A stretch of DNA of 60,116 nt, the filler included, from Squalus acanthias (lineage: Eukaryota), in NCBI GenBank assembly GCA_030390025.1. It is 3 parts of 3 records of this genome, joined end to end, with 100 filler letters (N's around TTAATTAATTAA, not from the genome) between each part and the next. Parts side by side here need not be neighbours in the genome. Positions count along the whole stretch, not along the records: positions 1 to 7,135 come from CM059446.1; positions 7,236 to 34,774 come from JASTWF010002431.1; 1 more part is not named here. One strand, given 5' to 3'. The notes beneath the pieces are model-generated. The model saw only the letters and a program-made list of their open reading frames with translations, ran no database searches and had not been told where the DNA came from. A program made the position numbers and the translations under genes. Below, piece after piece: positions 1 through 14,443 of this stretch. Every line of letters starts with the position of its first letter. The stretch's first letter is position 1.

Positions 1-409
1 CAAAAGTTGAACTGATTGTACCAAGCGACTTCCATCGTACTCCATGTTCTGTATGTTTTGCCTACTATGGGACAAAGCAGCTTATGAACCGAACCAAACA
101 ATGCCTCGCCTACTGTTAACTCCGACCACCTTCGGAGCGATTAACAGGGTACACATGCTTAAGACACAGAGATCACAAGGGAGGTTCATTGTTGCACTCC
201 CGGGTCCTGCTACCGTGCTAGTAAATATATGCAGTGGGAGCCAACTTCTGTAAAAAAAAAAAAACAGGAACCAGACTGAACCCGGGCAGAGAGGCAGCAG
301 AGCCGAATTCACAACACGCAGGATAAACTCAAGGGAAAGGTGCTGCAGGGTGTGGTGAATAAGAGAACTAGGGTTGCAAATGCGAGCGTGTGGGAGATAA
401 AGCCATGAA

Positions 410-1003
410 ACAGCCAAATAGCATTTTAGGTATTATAAATAGGAACAGAGTTCAAGAGCAAGGAGACACTTCGAAATTTGTACAAGTCAGTGATTAGGCC
501 AGCGTTAGAATATTGTGTGCAGTTTTGGGCACCCCATTATAGAATGGACATTAAAACCAAAGAGCACTAACAATATAGATTCAACAAGATGGTTCCAGGA
601 TGAGAAACTATAGTTATGAGGAGAGATGAGATAGTGGGACTATTTCCACTGGAGCTGAGAAGGCTAGAGATTTAATAGATATTTTTTAATTTATGAAGGG
701 TTTCGCTGGGGTGAAATATGAAAGACTATCTCCTCTGGTTGGGGAGTCAGTCCATGGGTGGTCATCAATTTAAAATGGTCGCTGAAAGAGTGAGAAGAGA
801 GGTTAGGAGAAACTACTTTACACAGTGACTTATTAGAGCATGGAATGCTTTACCACAGGGAATAGTTGAGGAAGAGAAGGGATGAGCAGATAAAGATACA
901 GGACAAAGGGGAGAGAGCAGGGCAGGGGATAAGTTTTGGATTGCTCTAGCAAAGAGCCGGCACAGACACGATAGGCCAAGTGCTGTAAACATCTATGTTC
1001 TAT
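410..1003 (+). mobile_element. Degenerate CR1 LINE 3' fragment
   Basis: Matches the CR1 ORF2 tail pattern seen in cleaner copies in this window (TTAGGCCAGCGTTAGAATATTGTGTGCAGTTTTGGGCACCCCATTATAG, i.e. RPxLEYCVQFWxP) and ends in CTATGTTCTAT. Boundaries approximate. Confidence 0.75.
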
Positions 1004-1623
1004 TATAGGAATATAATCCCCTGCCTGTAGATAGTGAATAAACACAAGGAAACCCTTGGGCAAAAACAATCAGTACAGAATTTATCCATGACATAAAGTA
1101 CCAATTTTGTCGTCAGCTGGGGTCAGTCAAACAAGTGCAGAAACCCATCACAGTTTAAAGTCTCCAAATCTAACGGAGAAATCCTCAGAAGTACTTTCTG
1201 TTTGCCGCATATATAGAGAGTGCACACTCTTCCCCTGCAGGGACACTATCCCTAGGGTAGTGGTGGAAGAATTACCTCTGTTGCACCTTTTGGGGTGGGG
1301 GTCGGGGTGGGGAAAGAGTACTCCATAGTAGCCACATCTCCCTCTCATTAGGGAACATTCCCTTATCTGTAGGCCCGGGTCCACTGTGAGGCATTAAAGC
1401 TTCCTTCCCCTTTCCCATCATCGGGGATCTTCTACCCCTTTAAATGATCACACCTCTTTGGGGGCTGCATGGCAATTCCACTGTGGCGTGGCTAGGAATT
1501 TCCTCGGGGCCAATGGCGGGATCCCGCTTGCTGGTAGCGTTCCCACCTGGGAGGCTGCCATGCATACCTAAAGTCCAAGGGGGCGATTTTCCCTGGATAC
1601 TTTAGGCTCTAAAGAGCCTCCAA

Positions 1624-1720
1624 AGCACCACGAGCTGGATGCAGTTTACGGGCAATTTCTAATAGTGAAATGGGCTATCCTACAGTCAGCCTGGTGGGAT
1701 AGTTCCACTCCTGTAGGCTG
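1624..1720 (+). repeat. 97-bp direct repeat, copy 1 (copy 2 at 3523-3619)
   Basis: AGCACCACGAGCTGGATGCAG...CACTCCTG(T/C)AGGCTG occurs twice with 3 mismatches. Confidence 0.9.
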
Positions 1721-1749
1721 GCCAAGGTGGGGTCTTGAACTGCAATGCC

Positions 1750-2620
1750 AGTTTAGCCCACGTTTAGTGCAAGATGCCATCTTGGTAAGAGTTGAAGTGC
1801 GCGCTCAGAATGGCCGCCCGGAGGATCGTTAAGGGTCTGATTGATAATTAAATTGTCTGCTAGCGCTCATTAACGAGGCTGCACGGCATTTTGGTGGATA
1901 GCGCTTGTCCCAACACCCTCTCCTAGCAGCAACCAGCTGAACAGAGTAAACTAGTCGTTGCTGAGGATTTCGAGCGCTAATTAAAGCTATGCTCAGCTTT
2001 CACTGTTCACTCGCTGCTGGAGGTTTGAAGAAGACTTTTGAAACACATCGGGAGACTTTCTGGGACACTCTGTCAAGACTTCAACACTCTATCAACATTT
2101 ATTCCAGAAATTCTCTGAGGACTTCACCTAAAAAGAGTGAGTGCTGTGCTACTTTACCTTATTGGAGACCTTTTAGGAGTCACCAGGGGAAAGGTCATCG
2201 ACATCTTGCTCGGGGTCCCCCTTGGTCTGCAGGAGGAATGGGAGGAGGACATGAGGCCAGGCAGAGCAGCACCAGCTGCTGCAGGAGAGGGAGACAGGAG
2301 GGCGAGGTGGACTCCTTCCCCACTGTGGGTACAGGACATCCCTCCTCGTCTGGGCCTCCTCCACCAGGTGCTCCAGTGCCGCGTCCCTGAACCTGTGGGC
2401 CCTCTCCCTCGGTCCCTGAGCCATCCTCAAACGTATTTTCAGTGGAAGTGGCTGCATGGAGGCTACACATACAGCTCCACGAAAATTGCTTCTCAACAGC
2501 GCTCGAGTGCTAAACCTTCAGGTGTCTGTTTTAGCACCTCCAGGTTTAAATCATGGTAATCATCAATTAGCCCCAAACTTGCGTGCGAAAACCAGACTTT
2601 CAAACAGGCCTGTCTTATTA
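1750..2620. mobile_element. Internally deleted PIF/Harbinger-like DNA transposon relic
   Basis: Minus-strand ORF 2173-2496 contains MAQGPRERAHRFRDAALEHLVEEAQTRRDVLYP, resembling the start of the Myb/SANT-like accessory protein of Harbinger elements. The plus strand has ILLGVPLGLQEEWEED, resembling a transposase N-terminus. Boundaries approximate. Confidence 0.55.
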
Positions 2621-2882
2621 ACAGAGCACCAACTTAGCACCTGTTTTCACCCTTTCACCAAAATATCCCCCATGGAGTGTATTTTGCCCACATCAGTACA
2701 GATCAATCAATCGCCGTTAGGGTCACAGTTATACCTGCACACGCACATGCAGCTAAACAAACAAGGATGTGGGAGCAGTCGAGTCCGTTCAGGCCTCTCT
2801 CAGTGGGGCAAGGCGAGTCCTGTTTACCCGAGGCATTACCAAATGTACACGTCAGCAATCTTTCTTGCAGAAAATCCGATAC

Positions 2883-3059
2883 CTTTGCAGAGCAGGCGAG
2901 GCCGGGGCAGCAGGACGGTCTTGATTGGCAGCAGCAGGTGGCGACATCGGCGATGCCATCAGGTTAGCGACAGCGGGTCGATTGGCTGAAGCAGCAGGCA
3001 TAGCAGCATAGGCAGGGCTGGCTGTTGACGAAGCTGGCTGAGCAAGCTCAATAGGCGTA
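2883..3059 (-). CDS. LDB3: Internal coding exon, likely LDB3 (ZASP/Cypher) exon-10 equivalent
   Basis: 177-nt phase 2-2 exon with acceptor ggattAG and donor AAG|GTATCG. The only open frame reads (S)TPIELAQPASSTASPAYAAMPAASANRPAVANLMASPMSPPAAANQDRPAAPASPALQ(R). The STPIE start, phases, length and Ala/Pro/Ser composition match recalled human LDB3 exon 10 (STPIEHAP...DSPR). Only one exon is visible. Confidence 0.55.
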
Positions 3060-3522
3060 CTAATCCAAATTACAGAAGGAAAAACAGATCATTAAAATAA
3101 TACGCAGTCTCAGTGTCCAACAGGTCTCAGTCAAGCCAGGGATGGAACCAACCCCACCTGAACTCTGCACACCCAACATCTTGGAAAGCACAGCAACATC
3201 ACAGGGGGCTGGGGTTTAAACAACCAGTGGGTCCTGGACCTGAGGGAGAGGCACCTTCCACTAGTACAACTAGAGCAGAATAGTTGCTAAGCTAGGCTGT
3301 TAGTTTAGAAAATGAAAAATAACATGGATATCAGAATGGATATCCCATCCTCAATGAAAAGGAGTCCATAAAGCCACTGGGCATTCTGATACAACACTTT
3401 TGCAGGCAGCGTTCCTTTCTCCCATTACTAGCAACTATGAGACAGAAATATACCAGGCGCCTCTGATTAAAATGTCACAAGTTAGCAAACCAACACTGAG
3501 CCAAGCGACCCCCGTGACGAAG

Positions 3523-3619
3523 AGCACCACGAGCTGGATGCAGTTTACGGGCAATTTCTAACAGTGCAATGGGCTATCCTACAGTCAGCCTGGTGGGATA
3601 GTTCCACTCCTGCAGGCTG
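3523..3619 (+). repeat. 97-bp direct repeat, copy 2
   Basis: See 1624-1720. Confidence 0.9.
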
Positions 3620-4386
3620 ATAATAAATTCAAGGCCCTGTAGGAGAGGAACTGGGCCAGGAGTTATAATGGAAGATTTAGTAAAGAACGCAGTCTCTTTG
3701 GACAAAATCCCAGAGATCCTGTCATCGGGAAGAACCGTACCAGATCTCATGGAGGATGTGCACAGTGAGAAGAGCAAATTTTACACATAAATAAAAAGCT
3801 GTAATGAACACACGAAGTCATCACTAAAATATGTACACTGGTTTCAATCTGGAAAAACTAAACGTTTGCACAAAGTACTCTCCAAGCGTGTTTCAAGAGG
3901 TCTTAAAACGACTTTGTTGGGTAAATTTCACCAGTGCGTGTTCCCAGTTCGGACCCTCGCCCTCTGGGACTGGTAGGGGTAAAATTAACTGCAGTGTGTT
4001 ACTTCTGGTAACACTGCTCCCAAACACTGCAGGTGCGGGGACAGGATTGCATTCCAATTGTGGGCAAATTTGAGTCTTTCCCGACCAGTTATCTGGCACT
4101 GCAATCTGGTGAACTTGAATGGGATTCTAATTGGGCTTTTACTGATCCAGGATTTGAAGAAATCGCTGGTTTTCACGGAATTGGGAGCTTGAATCGCAGC
4201 ACACTGCTTGAACAGTAATTTCAACTGAACAGAGAAGGGAAAAGCTTTGGATTGATCCTAGAACATAAAAAACACTCCAGGGCCTCATTTAATTAAAGGG
4301 CTTATTTATCAGAAGCCAAGAATTTCTCCTCTCCCCCACCCAAACACAATTTATATGGAAGCCTCTTCAGTTAATATAAAATTAGT

Positions 4387-4493
4387 GAGGTGAATTTTCA
4401 ACTTGGAAATAGAAATGAACAGATAGTTTCTGTAACGGGCGGGCGATTTCCAACGTCAGCTTCCCACCCAGGCGGCAAGTTGAAAATCGTCTC
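4387..4493. mobile_element. Small MITE-like inverted-repeat element
   Basis: Ends GAGGTGAATTTTCAACTTG ... CAAGTTGAAAATCGTCTC are imperfect reverse complements. Confidence 0.5.
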
Positions 4494-7135
4494 AGTGTAT
4501 ATCAGACTCAGGCACCAGACTTACAGCATTATTCTCACCGTAACAAGTGCAAAGAAATCAAAACACATCAGTAAAAACCCTTACAATAAAACAGGAGAGA
4601 GCAGGGAATGAAATGGAATGGGAAGAGGTCACAGAGCCTACTCCTTCCCAAGAACCATGCACTATTTGTCCTGTCACCACCATGGATAAAACCCTACCCA
4701 CCCACCCACCCCAGCCCAAAACATACCCCACTGAAATCTATTATACTGCAGAGCAGTTGAAACTCACTCCAATTCACCTCCAGCATCTCCATTAGATACT
4801 TAACAAGTAATTCGAGAGTGCTGGTTTCGGACTCCTGACACGGAAGTCAAACTCCCACAGTTGGGAGGTTTGCTTGCAACATTGGGAACCACTATATGTG
4901 GCTCGAACTCCCCTGGATAGATCGAGCAACTGGTAAGGTACCCAAGACCGACCAATTGGCTAGCTGCCTTGGTGCTGGACAAGACTGTCTCAGTTCCACT
5001 GTGACAACTGGAACCAAAAACTGCCAGAACACGATGCCCACCATAACACACATTGAAGCTGCCCCGTCTCTACAATCCCACGTGCATCTCACACCTTTGA
5101 GCTGGTAGATTTACGCCATTAAATGCACGTGACTGCTTGCCCTCATCACATATACTGGACCCTACGGAGTACCAGAGGAAGCAGAGAGAAGATGTGCTGT
5201 AGCGCGCACCTACCTACCCAAGGGTGCTCAGAGAATGAAGGCAACCACAAGACCCAGTTTGTCTGGTGAGGGCAAGCTGGCCCGCATGATCAAAGGTAAT
5301 AGCATTCAGTGTTCAACCTCTTGCAATGGTCCATCCAGTAAGTACAAGAACACAACATTATAATCCACATTAACCCACGCTAACCGGCTGCATCATTCGA
5401 CAGTCCTGAATCTATCCAAGAAACAAGAACATAAAAGCCAACGGTGAAAAAAGATCATTGGCCTGAAACTTGTCCTTCTAGTACCAAACTCTCAGCCCAA
5501 CATCCAAAGGCATTTGAAGGTACCTAAAGTTGGCAGATTATTCCAGGTATCCATCACTTTTTAATATTGGATTTACATTTTGTTTTAATTAGTTAATATT
5601 TCTAACCTCTAATCCTATCATTATCTTGTTGGAACCATTAAATATTTAATGTCATTTAACAAGGTCTCCCCCGCAACAATCTCCTCTTTAGTCTGTAAAG
5701 CTTGAATTATTTTAACACTTTCCTCACAGCTCTTCTGGAATAATTCATGTTGCTGTTCTCGGAACTCTCTCCTGTAGTTGTGTATCTCTGGTAGTGTGGC
5801 AGTCAGAGCTGTGCGCCAAGTCAAGTCTGCTCAGTGCATTGTCCAGCTCGGATTCACCTTATAGACTGATGTCCCCCTGTCCTGGCTATGTATCCCAGCA
5901 CAGTTGCCTTGCCACATTGCTCCACCATGGGACTCCACTCAACACTCTCCTTGTCCAACAATACAATGACTCGCCAGCCTTGATTAACTCTGAGCACTCA
6001 ATGCATTTCTGTCAATTTCCTTTGCCCACTGTTTTAACAGAGGCATTACCCTGTAGAAAATAATAGTCGCAGTGTCAGTTCGAACCCAGCCCCATTTCCT
6101 ATCCTTTACAGACTTCTTATTCGGTCTTGCACTTTGCCTGCCTTCCCAAGACTTTCTGCTGAATTAGAAGCCTTTAATGTGGAACTTTGTCAAAACCTTC
6201 TGAAAGCTCAAATAACAGAGGAAGGTTTCCTGTGTACACTGAAATTAAACACATTTATAAAGAATGTGTTTATGTGTTGCTGCACCGAGCACAGAGGAAC
6301 TCTTCCCACATCGGAGGGAATTGCTCTGTCTACCTCCAATGTCCTCAAAGAAGTCTAGGAGGTTTCTGTTATGATCTTCACCCTCTAGAACCATATTGAC
6401 TATTTATTATGCTATTGTTTTACAGGTAATACAGCAGCGTGCCCTCTCATCCCAACTGCACTGCAGTGAGGAAGAGGTTCGGAGATGGCCGGCCGTTTCT
6501 CAGGGAGAAGGACAGGGAATGACAGGGAGTCACCGAGGCTGCCTTCAAGCACCTTCAGAACAGGTCAGTGAAGACCTGGGAAGTCCTTGGCTTCTTGGTT
6601 CACAATGTGGGGGGCGGGGAGGTAAAACGAGGGTAGGAAGGGGAATCAGTAACAGCACAATATACTTTCCCCCCTCCCCACAAAGAAAAAGTCCATCAAT
6701 TTGGGAATTTACATCTTACAATTTACATTTAAGAAAAGATGGTTCACGGGGCAACAGCTGGGTGCAACGTGTGGATGTTGGCAGAAAACCATATTGGGGC
6801 TGGATGTGATGCCCTCTATGGTCGAAGACCGCCAGCGCTCACTATAGCTTCATGTATTCAATATCACAAGGCTCAACAACAACGACGGATCTTTAACCCA
6901 GCAACTGTGGTGCCTTCGGGAGCTCAGAGAATTGCACATCCGCCCAAAAGTCATAAAATATTTTGTATCAGCATTACTAAGATGTCATTTGCATATCAGA
7001 TGCCATTTGCCATATCGGCCCTGTAAAAAAAAACTTTCACTCATCATTGTACATTTCCTTGTGATCTGAACCTCAGTCACCTGAATCACTGATACTGTGC
7101 AGCTCACATTGTTAAAGAGACCAGTCTGAAATAAA

Positions 7136-7235
7136 NNNNNNNNNNNNNNNNNNNNNNNNNNNNNNNNNNNNNNNNNNNNTTAATTAATTAANNNNNNNNN
7201 NNNNNNNNNNNNNNNNNNNNNNNNNNNNNNNNNNN
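7136..7235. other. Artificial contig linker/gap (N44-TTAATTAATTAA-N44)
   Basis: Exactly 100 nt; the central 12-mer puts stop codons in all six frames; identical to 34775-34874. Confidence 0.97.
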
Positions 7236-7344
7236 GATTCGATGGGGTAGGTAGAGAGAAACTATTTCCTCTGGTGGGGGGAGTCCAGGACAAGGGGGCA
7301 GAACCTTCAAATTAGAGCCAGGCCGTTCAGGGGTGATGTCAGAA

Positions 7345-9003
7345 AAAAAATAGAAGATAGGAGCAGGAGTAGGCCATTCGGCCCCTCGAGCCTGCTCCGC
7401 CATTCAATGCGATCATGGCTGATCATCCAAATTCAGTACCCTGTCCCTGCTTTCTCCCCATATCCCTTGATCCCCTTTAGTCTTAAGAAATATATCCAAC
7501 TCCTTCTTGAATATATTTAATGAATTGGCCTCTACTGCCTTCTGTGGTAGAGAATTCCACAGGTTCACCACTCTCTGGGTGAAGAAATTCCTCCTCATCT
7601 CAGTCCTAAATGGCTTACCCCTTATCCTTAGACTGTGACCCCTGGTTCTGGACTCCCCCGACCATCGGGAACATCCTTCCTGCATCCAGTCTGTCTAGTC
7701 CTGTTAGAATTTTATAAGTTTCAATGAGATCCCCTCTCATTCTTCTAAACTCTAGCGAATACAAGCCCAATCGACCCAATCTCTCTTCATACGTCATTCC
7801 TGCCATCCCAGGTATCAGTCTGGTGAATCTTCGCTGCACACCCTCCATGGCAAGAACATCCTTCCTCAGATAAGGCGACCAAAACTACACACAGTACTCA
7901 AGGTGTGGTCTCACCAAGGCCTTGTACAACTGCAGCAAGACATCCTTGCTCCTGTACTCGAATCCTCTCGCTATGAAGGCCAACATACCATTTGCCTTCT
8001 GAACCGCCTGCTGCACCTGCATGCTTACCTTCAGCGACTGGTGCACAAGGACACCTAGGTCTCGTTGCACTTCCCCTTTTCCCAATCTATTGCTGTTCAG
8101 ATAATAATCTGCCTTCCTGTTTTTGCCACCAAAGTGGATAACCTCGCATTTATCCACATTATACTGCATCTGCCATGCATCTGCCCAATCACCCAACCTG
8201 TCCAAATCAACCTGGAGTTTCTCTGCATCCTCCTCACAGCACACACGCCCACCCAGCTTTGTGTCGTCTGCAGACTTGGAGATATTACATCTAGTTCCCT
8301 CATCTCGATCATTAATATATATTGTGAATAACTGGGGTCCTAGCACCGATCCCTGCGGTACCCCACTAGTCACTGCCTGCCACTCGGAAAAAGACCCGTT
8401 TATTCCAACTCTTTGCTTCCTGTCTGCCAACCAGTTCTCTATCCAAATCAGTACCTTGCCCCCAATCGCATGTGCCTTAACTTTACATGCTAATCTCTTA
8501 TGCGGGACCTTATCGAAAGCCTTCTGAAAGTCCAAATACACCACATCCACTGGTTCTCCCTTATCTATTCTACCAGTTACATTCTCAAAAAGTTCCAGTA
8601 GATTAGCCAAGCACGATTTACCTTTTGTAAATCCATGTTAACTTTGTCCGATCCTGTCACTGTTTTCCAAGTGCCCAGCTATTACATCCTTTATAATGGA
8701 CTCTTGCATTTTCCCCACTACCGATGTCAGGCTTACCGGACTGTAATTCACCGTTTTCTCTCTCCCACCTTTTTTAAATAGTGTGGTAACATTAGCTACC
8801 CTCCAATCCATGGGTACTGTTCCAAAGTCTATAGAATTTTGGAAGATGACCAGCAATGCATCTACTATTTCTAGGGCCACTTCCTTCAGTACCCTAGGAT
8901 GTAGATGATCCGGCCCTGGGGATTTATCGGCCTTCAATCCCATCAATTTCCCTAACACCATTTCCCTACAAATACTGATTTCATTCAGTTCCTCCCTCTC
9001 ATT
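7345..9003 (-). mobile_element. CR1 LINE, 5'-truncated ORF2 (RT domain to 3' end), disrupted
   Basis: ORFs 8638-8961, 7885-8610 (YLDFQKAFDKV, GVPQGSVLGP, SADDTK), 7615-7848 and 7413-7685 are consecutive CR1 ORF2 segments broken by stops and frameshifts. Confidence 0.95.
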
Positions 9004-9004
9004 A

Positions 9005-9246
9005 ACACTTCTTCACACAAAGGGTGGTGGAAATCTGGAACTCTCTTCCCCAAAAAGCTGTTGAGGCTCTTGGGGTCAATTGAAGCTTTCAAGACTGAGA
9101 TTGGTAGATTTTTGTTGCGTAAGGGTATCGAGGGATATGGAACAAATGATGGTAAATGGAGTAGAGATACAGAGCAGCCATGATCTGATTGAATGGACGA
9201 ACAGGCTCGAGTGGCTGACTGGCCTCCTCCTGATCCAATGTTCCTA
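9005..9246 (+). mobile_element. CR1 LINE 3' end fragment
   Basis: TTCTTCACACAAAGGGTGGTGGAAATCTGGAACTC...GGCCTCCTCCTGATCCAATGTTCC, the typical CR1 tail. Confidence 0.8.
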
Positions 9247-9248
9247 GC

Positions 9249-12081
<2,833 letters not shown>

Positions 12082-12154
12082 ATTATTACACAAAGCTAAG
12101 ACTGGAGCTACACCGGGTGTGTATTCTGATTGTTGTCGCTCTGTCTCACCACAG

Positions 12155-12208
12155 CCGCTGTTTGAATTTGATGACTTCAGTGAGGCCTTCCAGCTTCTCG
12201 GCCTCTGA
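12155..12208 (+). CDS. AICDA: AID exon 5, coding part (C-terminal nuclear export signal and stop)
   Basis: ctgtctcaccacAG|CCG...TGA, phase 0. Reads PLFEFDDFSEAFQLLGL* versus recalled human PLYEVDDLRDAFRTLGL*. Confidence 0.95.
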   Translation, partial: PLFEFDDFSEAFQLLGL

Positions 12209-12599
12209 CCCGTGACCTCTGACGCCGGCGATTGGCTGCCTTACCCTCGGTCAACCGTCGTCGATCGACCGAACTTTGGGAGAAAGCAGCCTGCACTTTT
12301 TTTCCCCCTCCATCAACTACTCTTGAACTGCCCCGTGGAGAATCCAAGGCGAGGGCTCCGTTGCCAATGGCAACCACCTAGGCCTCAGGCTTCTCAGGCC
12401 ACGGAAACCCTTTCGGACAACTTCAGTTACTTGTTTACCAATCCAGTTTTTATCGTTTTCTTGGTTACCATTACCATTCGATTATTATTCATATTGACGA
12501 CACAAGGGGTGCCCCTGGCCCCTGCTTCATTCCTCTCAGTGAAAACAAGACTTTGGGCTGAAGTTCGTGAACAACGTGTGTTCAGAAGAAAATTGCTTC

Positions 12600-13592
12600 A
12601 GTCGCTCTCACTCTGGCTGCGGTTTCGAGCCACTATCCCCGGGACTCCAGCCCATAATCTAGGTCCACTCTCCCGCTTGCCAATACTGAGGGAGCGCTGC
12701 ACTGGGAACATCGGCAGAGATTGGAAGAGATGTTAAACAGAGGCCCCGTCTCCCTGTTCAGGGGGATGTCAAACCGAGGCCCCGTCTCCCTGTTCAGGGG
12801 GGATGTTAAACCGAGGCCCCGTCTCCCTGTTCAGGGGGATGTTAAACCGAGGCCCCCGTCTCCCTGTTCAGGGGGGGATGTTAAACCGAGGCCCCGTCTC
12901 CCTGTTCAGGGGGGGATGTTAAACCGAGGCCCCGTCTCCCTGTTCAGGGGGGATGTTAAACCGAGGCCCCGTCTCCCTGTTCAGGGGGGGGATGTTAAAT
13001 CGAGGCCCTGTCTCCCTGTTCAGGGGGGAGGTTAAACCAAGGCCCCGTCTCCCTGTTCAGTGGGGATGTTAAACCGAGGCCCCGTCTCCCTGTTCAGGGA
13101 TGATGTTAAATCGAGGCCCCGTCGCCCTGTTCAGGGGGATGTTAAACCGAGTCCCCGTCTCCCTGTTCAGGGGGGGATGTTAAACCGAGGCCCCGTCTTC
13201 CTGTTCAGGGGTGATGTTAAACCAAGGCCCCGTCTCCCTGTTCAGGGGTGATGTTAAACCAAGGCCCCGTCTCCCTGTTCAGGGGGATGTTAAACCGAGG
13301 CCCCGTCTCCCTGTTCAGGGGGGATGTTAAACCGAGGCCCCGTCTCCCTGTTCAGGGGGGATGTTAAACCGAGGCCCCGTCTCCCTGTGCAGTGGGGGGA
13401 TGTTAATCCGAGGCCCCGTCTCCCTGTTCAGGGGGGGATGTTAAACCGAGGCCCCGTCTCCCTGTTCAGGGGGGGGGGATGTTAAACCGAGGCCCCGTCT
13501 CCCTGTTCAGGGGGGGATGTTAAACCGAGGCCCTGTCTCCCTGTTCCATCTTCTTGCAGTTTGTGGGATCTTGCTGTGTGCAAAATGGCTAC
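12600..13592 (+). mobile_element. Deu-domain SINE relic with an internally amplified segment
   Basis: The 5' part (ATACTGAGGGAGCGCTGCACTG) and 3' part (GTTTGTGGGATCTTGCTGTGTGCAAAATGGCT) match the SINE copies at 48060-48372 and 18767-19182. Confidence 0.65.
12729..13546 (+). repeat. ~35-39-bp minisatellite (~22 copies) with variable G-run, in the predicted AICDA 3'UTR
   Basis: Unit GATGTTAAACCGAGGCCCCGTCTCCCTGTTCAG(G)n. Confidence 0.95.
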
Positions 13593-13970
13593 CCGGTTGG
13601 CCTCCATCCCCGTGTGCGACCTCCTCCAGCCCGACAACCCCTCCGAGATCTCTGCCCTCCTCCAGCTCCGGCCCATCCCCCTGCAATGGTGGCCGTGCCT
13701 TCAGCTGTCTGGGCACCTTGCCTGTAAGGCCTGAGGGAGCGATACACACACACACACACCAACAGGAGTCACTGGACAGTGAACAGGAGCAGGAACCCCA
13801 GCTGATTTATTTCACCTCCCTCCCCTACCCTGGACTCGAGATCAGGCTAATTCAGCATAGGCCGGGAATGGAGCCTGGGCCTTTCCTGGAGTGAGTGAGC
13901 AAGTGTGGGGGCTCAGTAACCACACACCAGGGTGAGATTAGGCTAACTCAGCACAGTACTGTACACACAA

Positions 13971-13978
13971 AGCATTAA
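13971..13978 (+). promoter_or_regulatory. miR-155 8mer target site in the predicted AICDA 3'UTR
   Basis: AGCATTAA is the exact complement of the miR-155 seed plus A1. It lies 44 nt before the first AATAAA seen downstream of the AID stop. Confidence 0.65.
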
Positions 13979-14021
13979 TATACAGATCCTGTAACAGTGA
14001 CTCAATACTGTACTTACTCAA

Positions 14022-14027
14022 AATAAA
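14022..14027 (+). terminator. Predicted AICDA polyadenylation signal
   Basis: First canonical AATAAA I can find downstream of the stop at 12208. Confidence 0.6.
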
Positions 14028-14067
14028 GTGTTTGAAAACACAGTTCCTCATTTCAATGATTCGGGAG

Positions 14068-14202
14068 TTATATAGAATAACAGATACCCGGGAGTGAGTT
14101 ACAGTCTGGAATCTAATCGAGGGGTTCGGGTGGGTTTATAAATAGAATAACAGATACCCGGGAGTGAGTTACAGGCTGGAATCTAATCGAGGGGTTCGGG
14201 GG
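14068..14202 (+). repeat. Two tandem copies of a ~70-bp unit between the two poly(A) signals
   Basis: ATAGAATAACAGATACCCGGGAGTGAGTTACAG(T/G)CTGGAATCTAATCGAGGGGTTCGGG occurs twice. Confidence 0.85.
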
Positions 14203-14257
14203 TGGGGCTCAGGACTCTCAGGAAGAAGGACTCAGACACGGTTGAATTTGCTGTGAG

Positions 14258-14263
14258 TTTATT
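14258..14263 (-). terminator. Predicted polyadenylation signal of the vigilin-like gene
   Basis: TTTATT on + (AATAAA on -), about 180 nt after the stop codon. Confidence 0.6.
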
Positions 14264-14443
14264 GCCAGACTTTCCCCGTCGTTTGGGGAGGAGCGTCCGT
14301 TCGAAGACTGGCCCAGCCAAACAGTAAAGAGGTGACCGGGTGAAAGTGCCAAAGGTTGGAGAGCAGGACATATCGCGGAGCCCACCCCCATCCTCTCTCC
14401 ACCTCCCCCAGCCCAGCCCAGCCAGGTTAACCTCACACGGGCT

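Noticed and set aside
82-247. Minus-strand poly-T acceptor with an open phase-2 frame (RSWLPLHIFTS...WFGS*)
   Set aside because: No recognisable homology to the next LDB3 exon; the acceptor may be a chance product of the A-run.
3985-4224. Strong minus-strand acceptor (ttcccttctctgttcAG) suggesting an alternative terminal LDB3 exon
   Set aside because: In the expected phase it stops immediately, other frames do not match the recalled short-isoform tail, and I found no clear poly(A) signal. Unresolved without RNA data.
7885-8610. 241-aa reverse transcriptase ORF as a functional or domesticated gene
   Set aside because: Part of a 5'-truncated CR1 with flanking stops and frameshifts and an altered catalytic motif (SADD).
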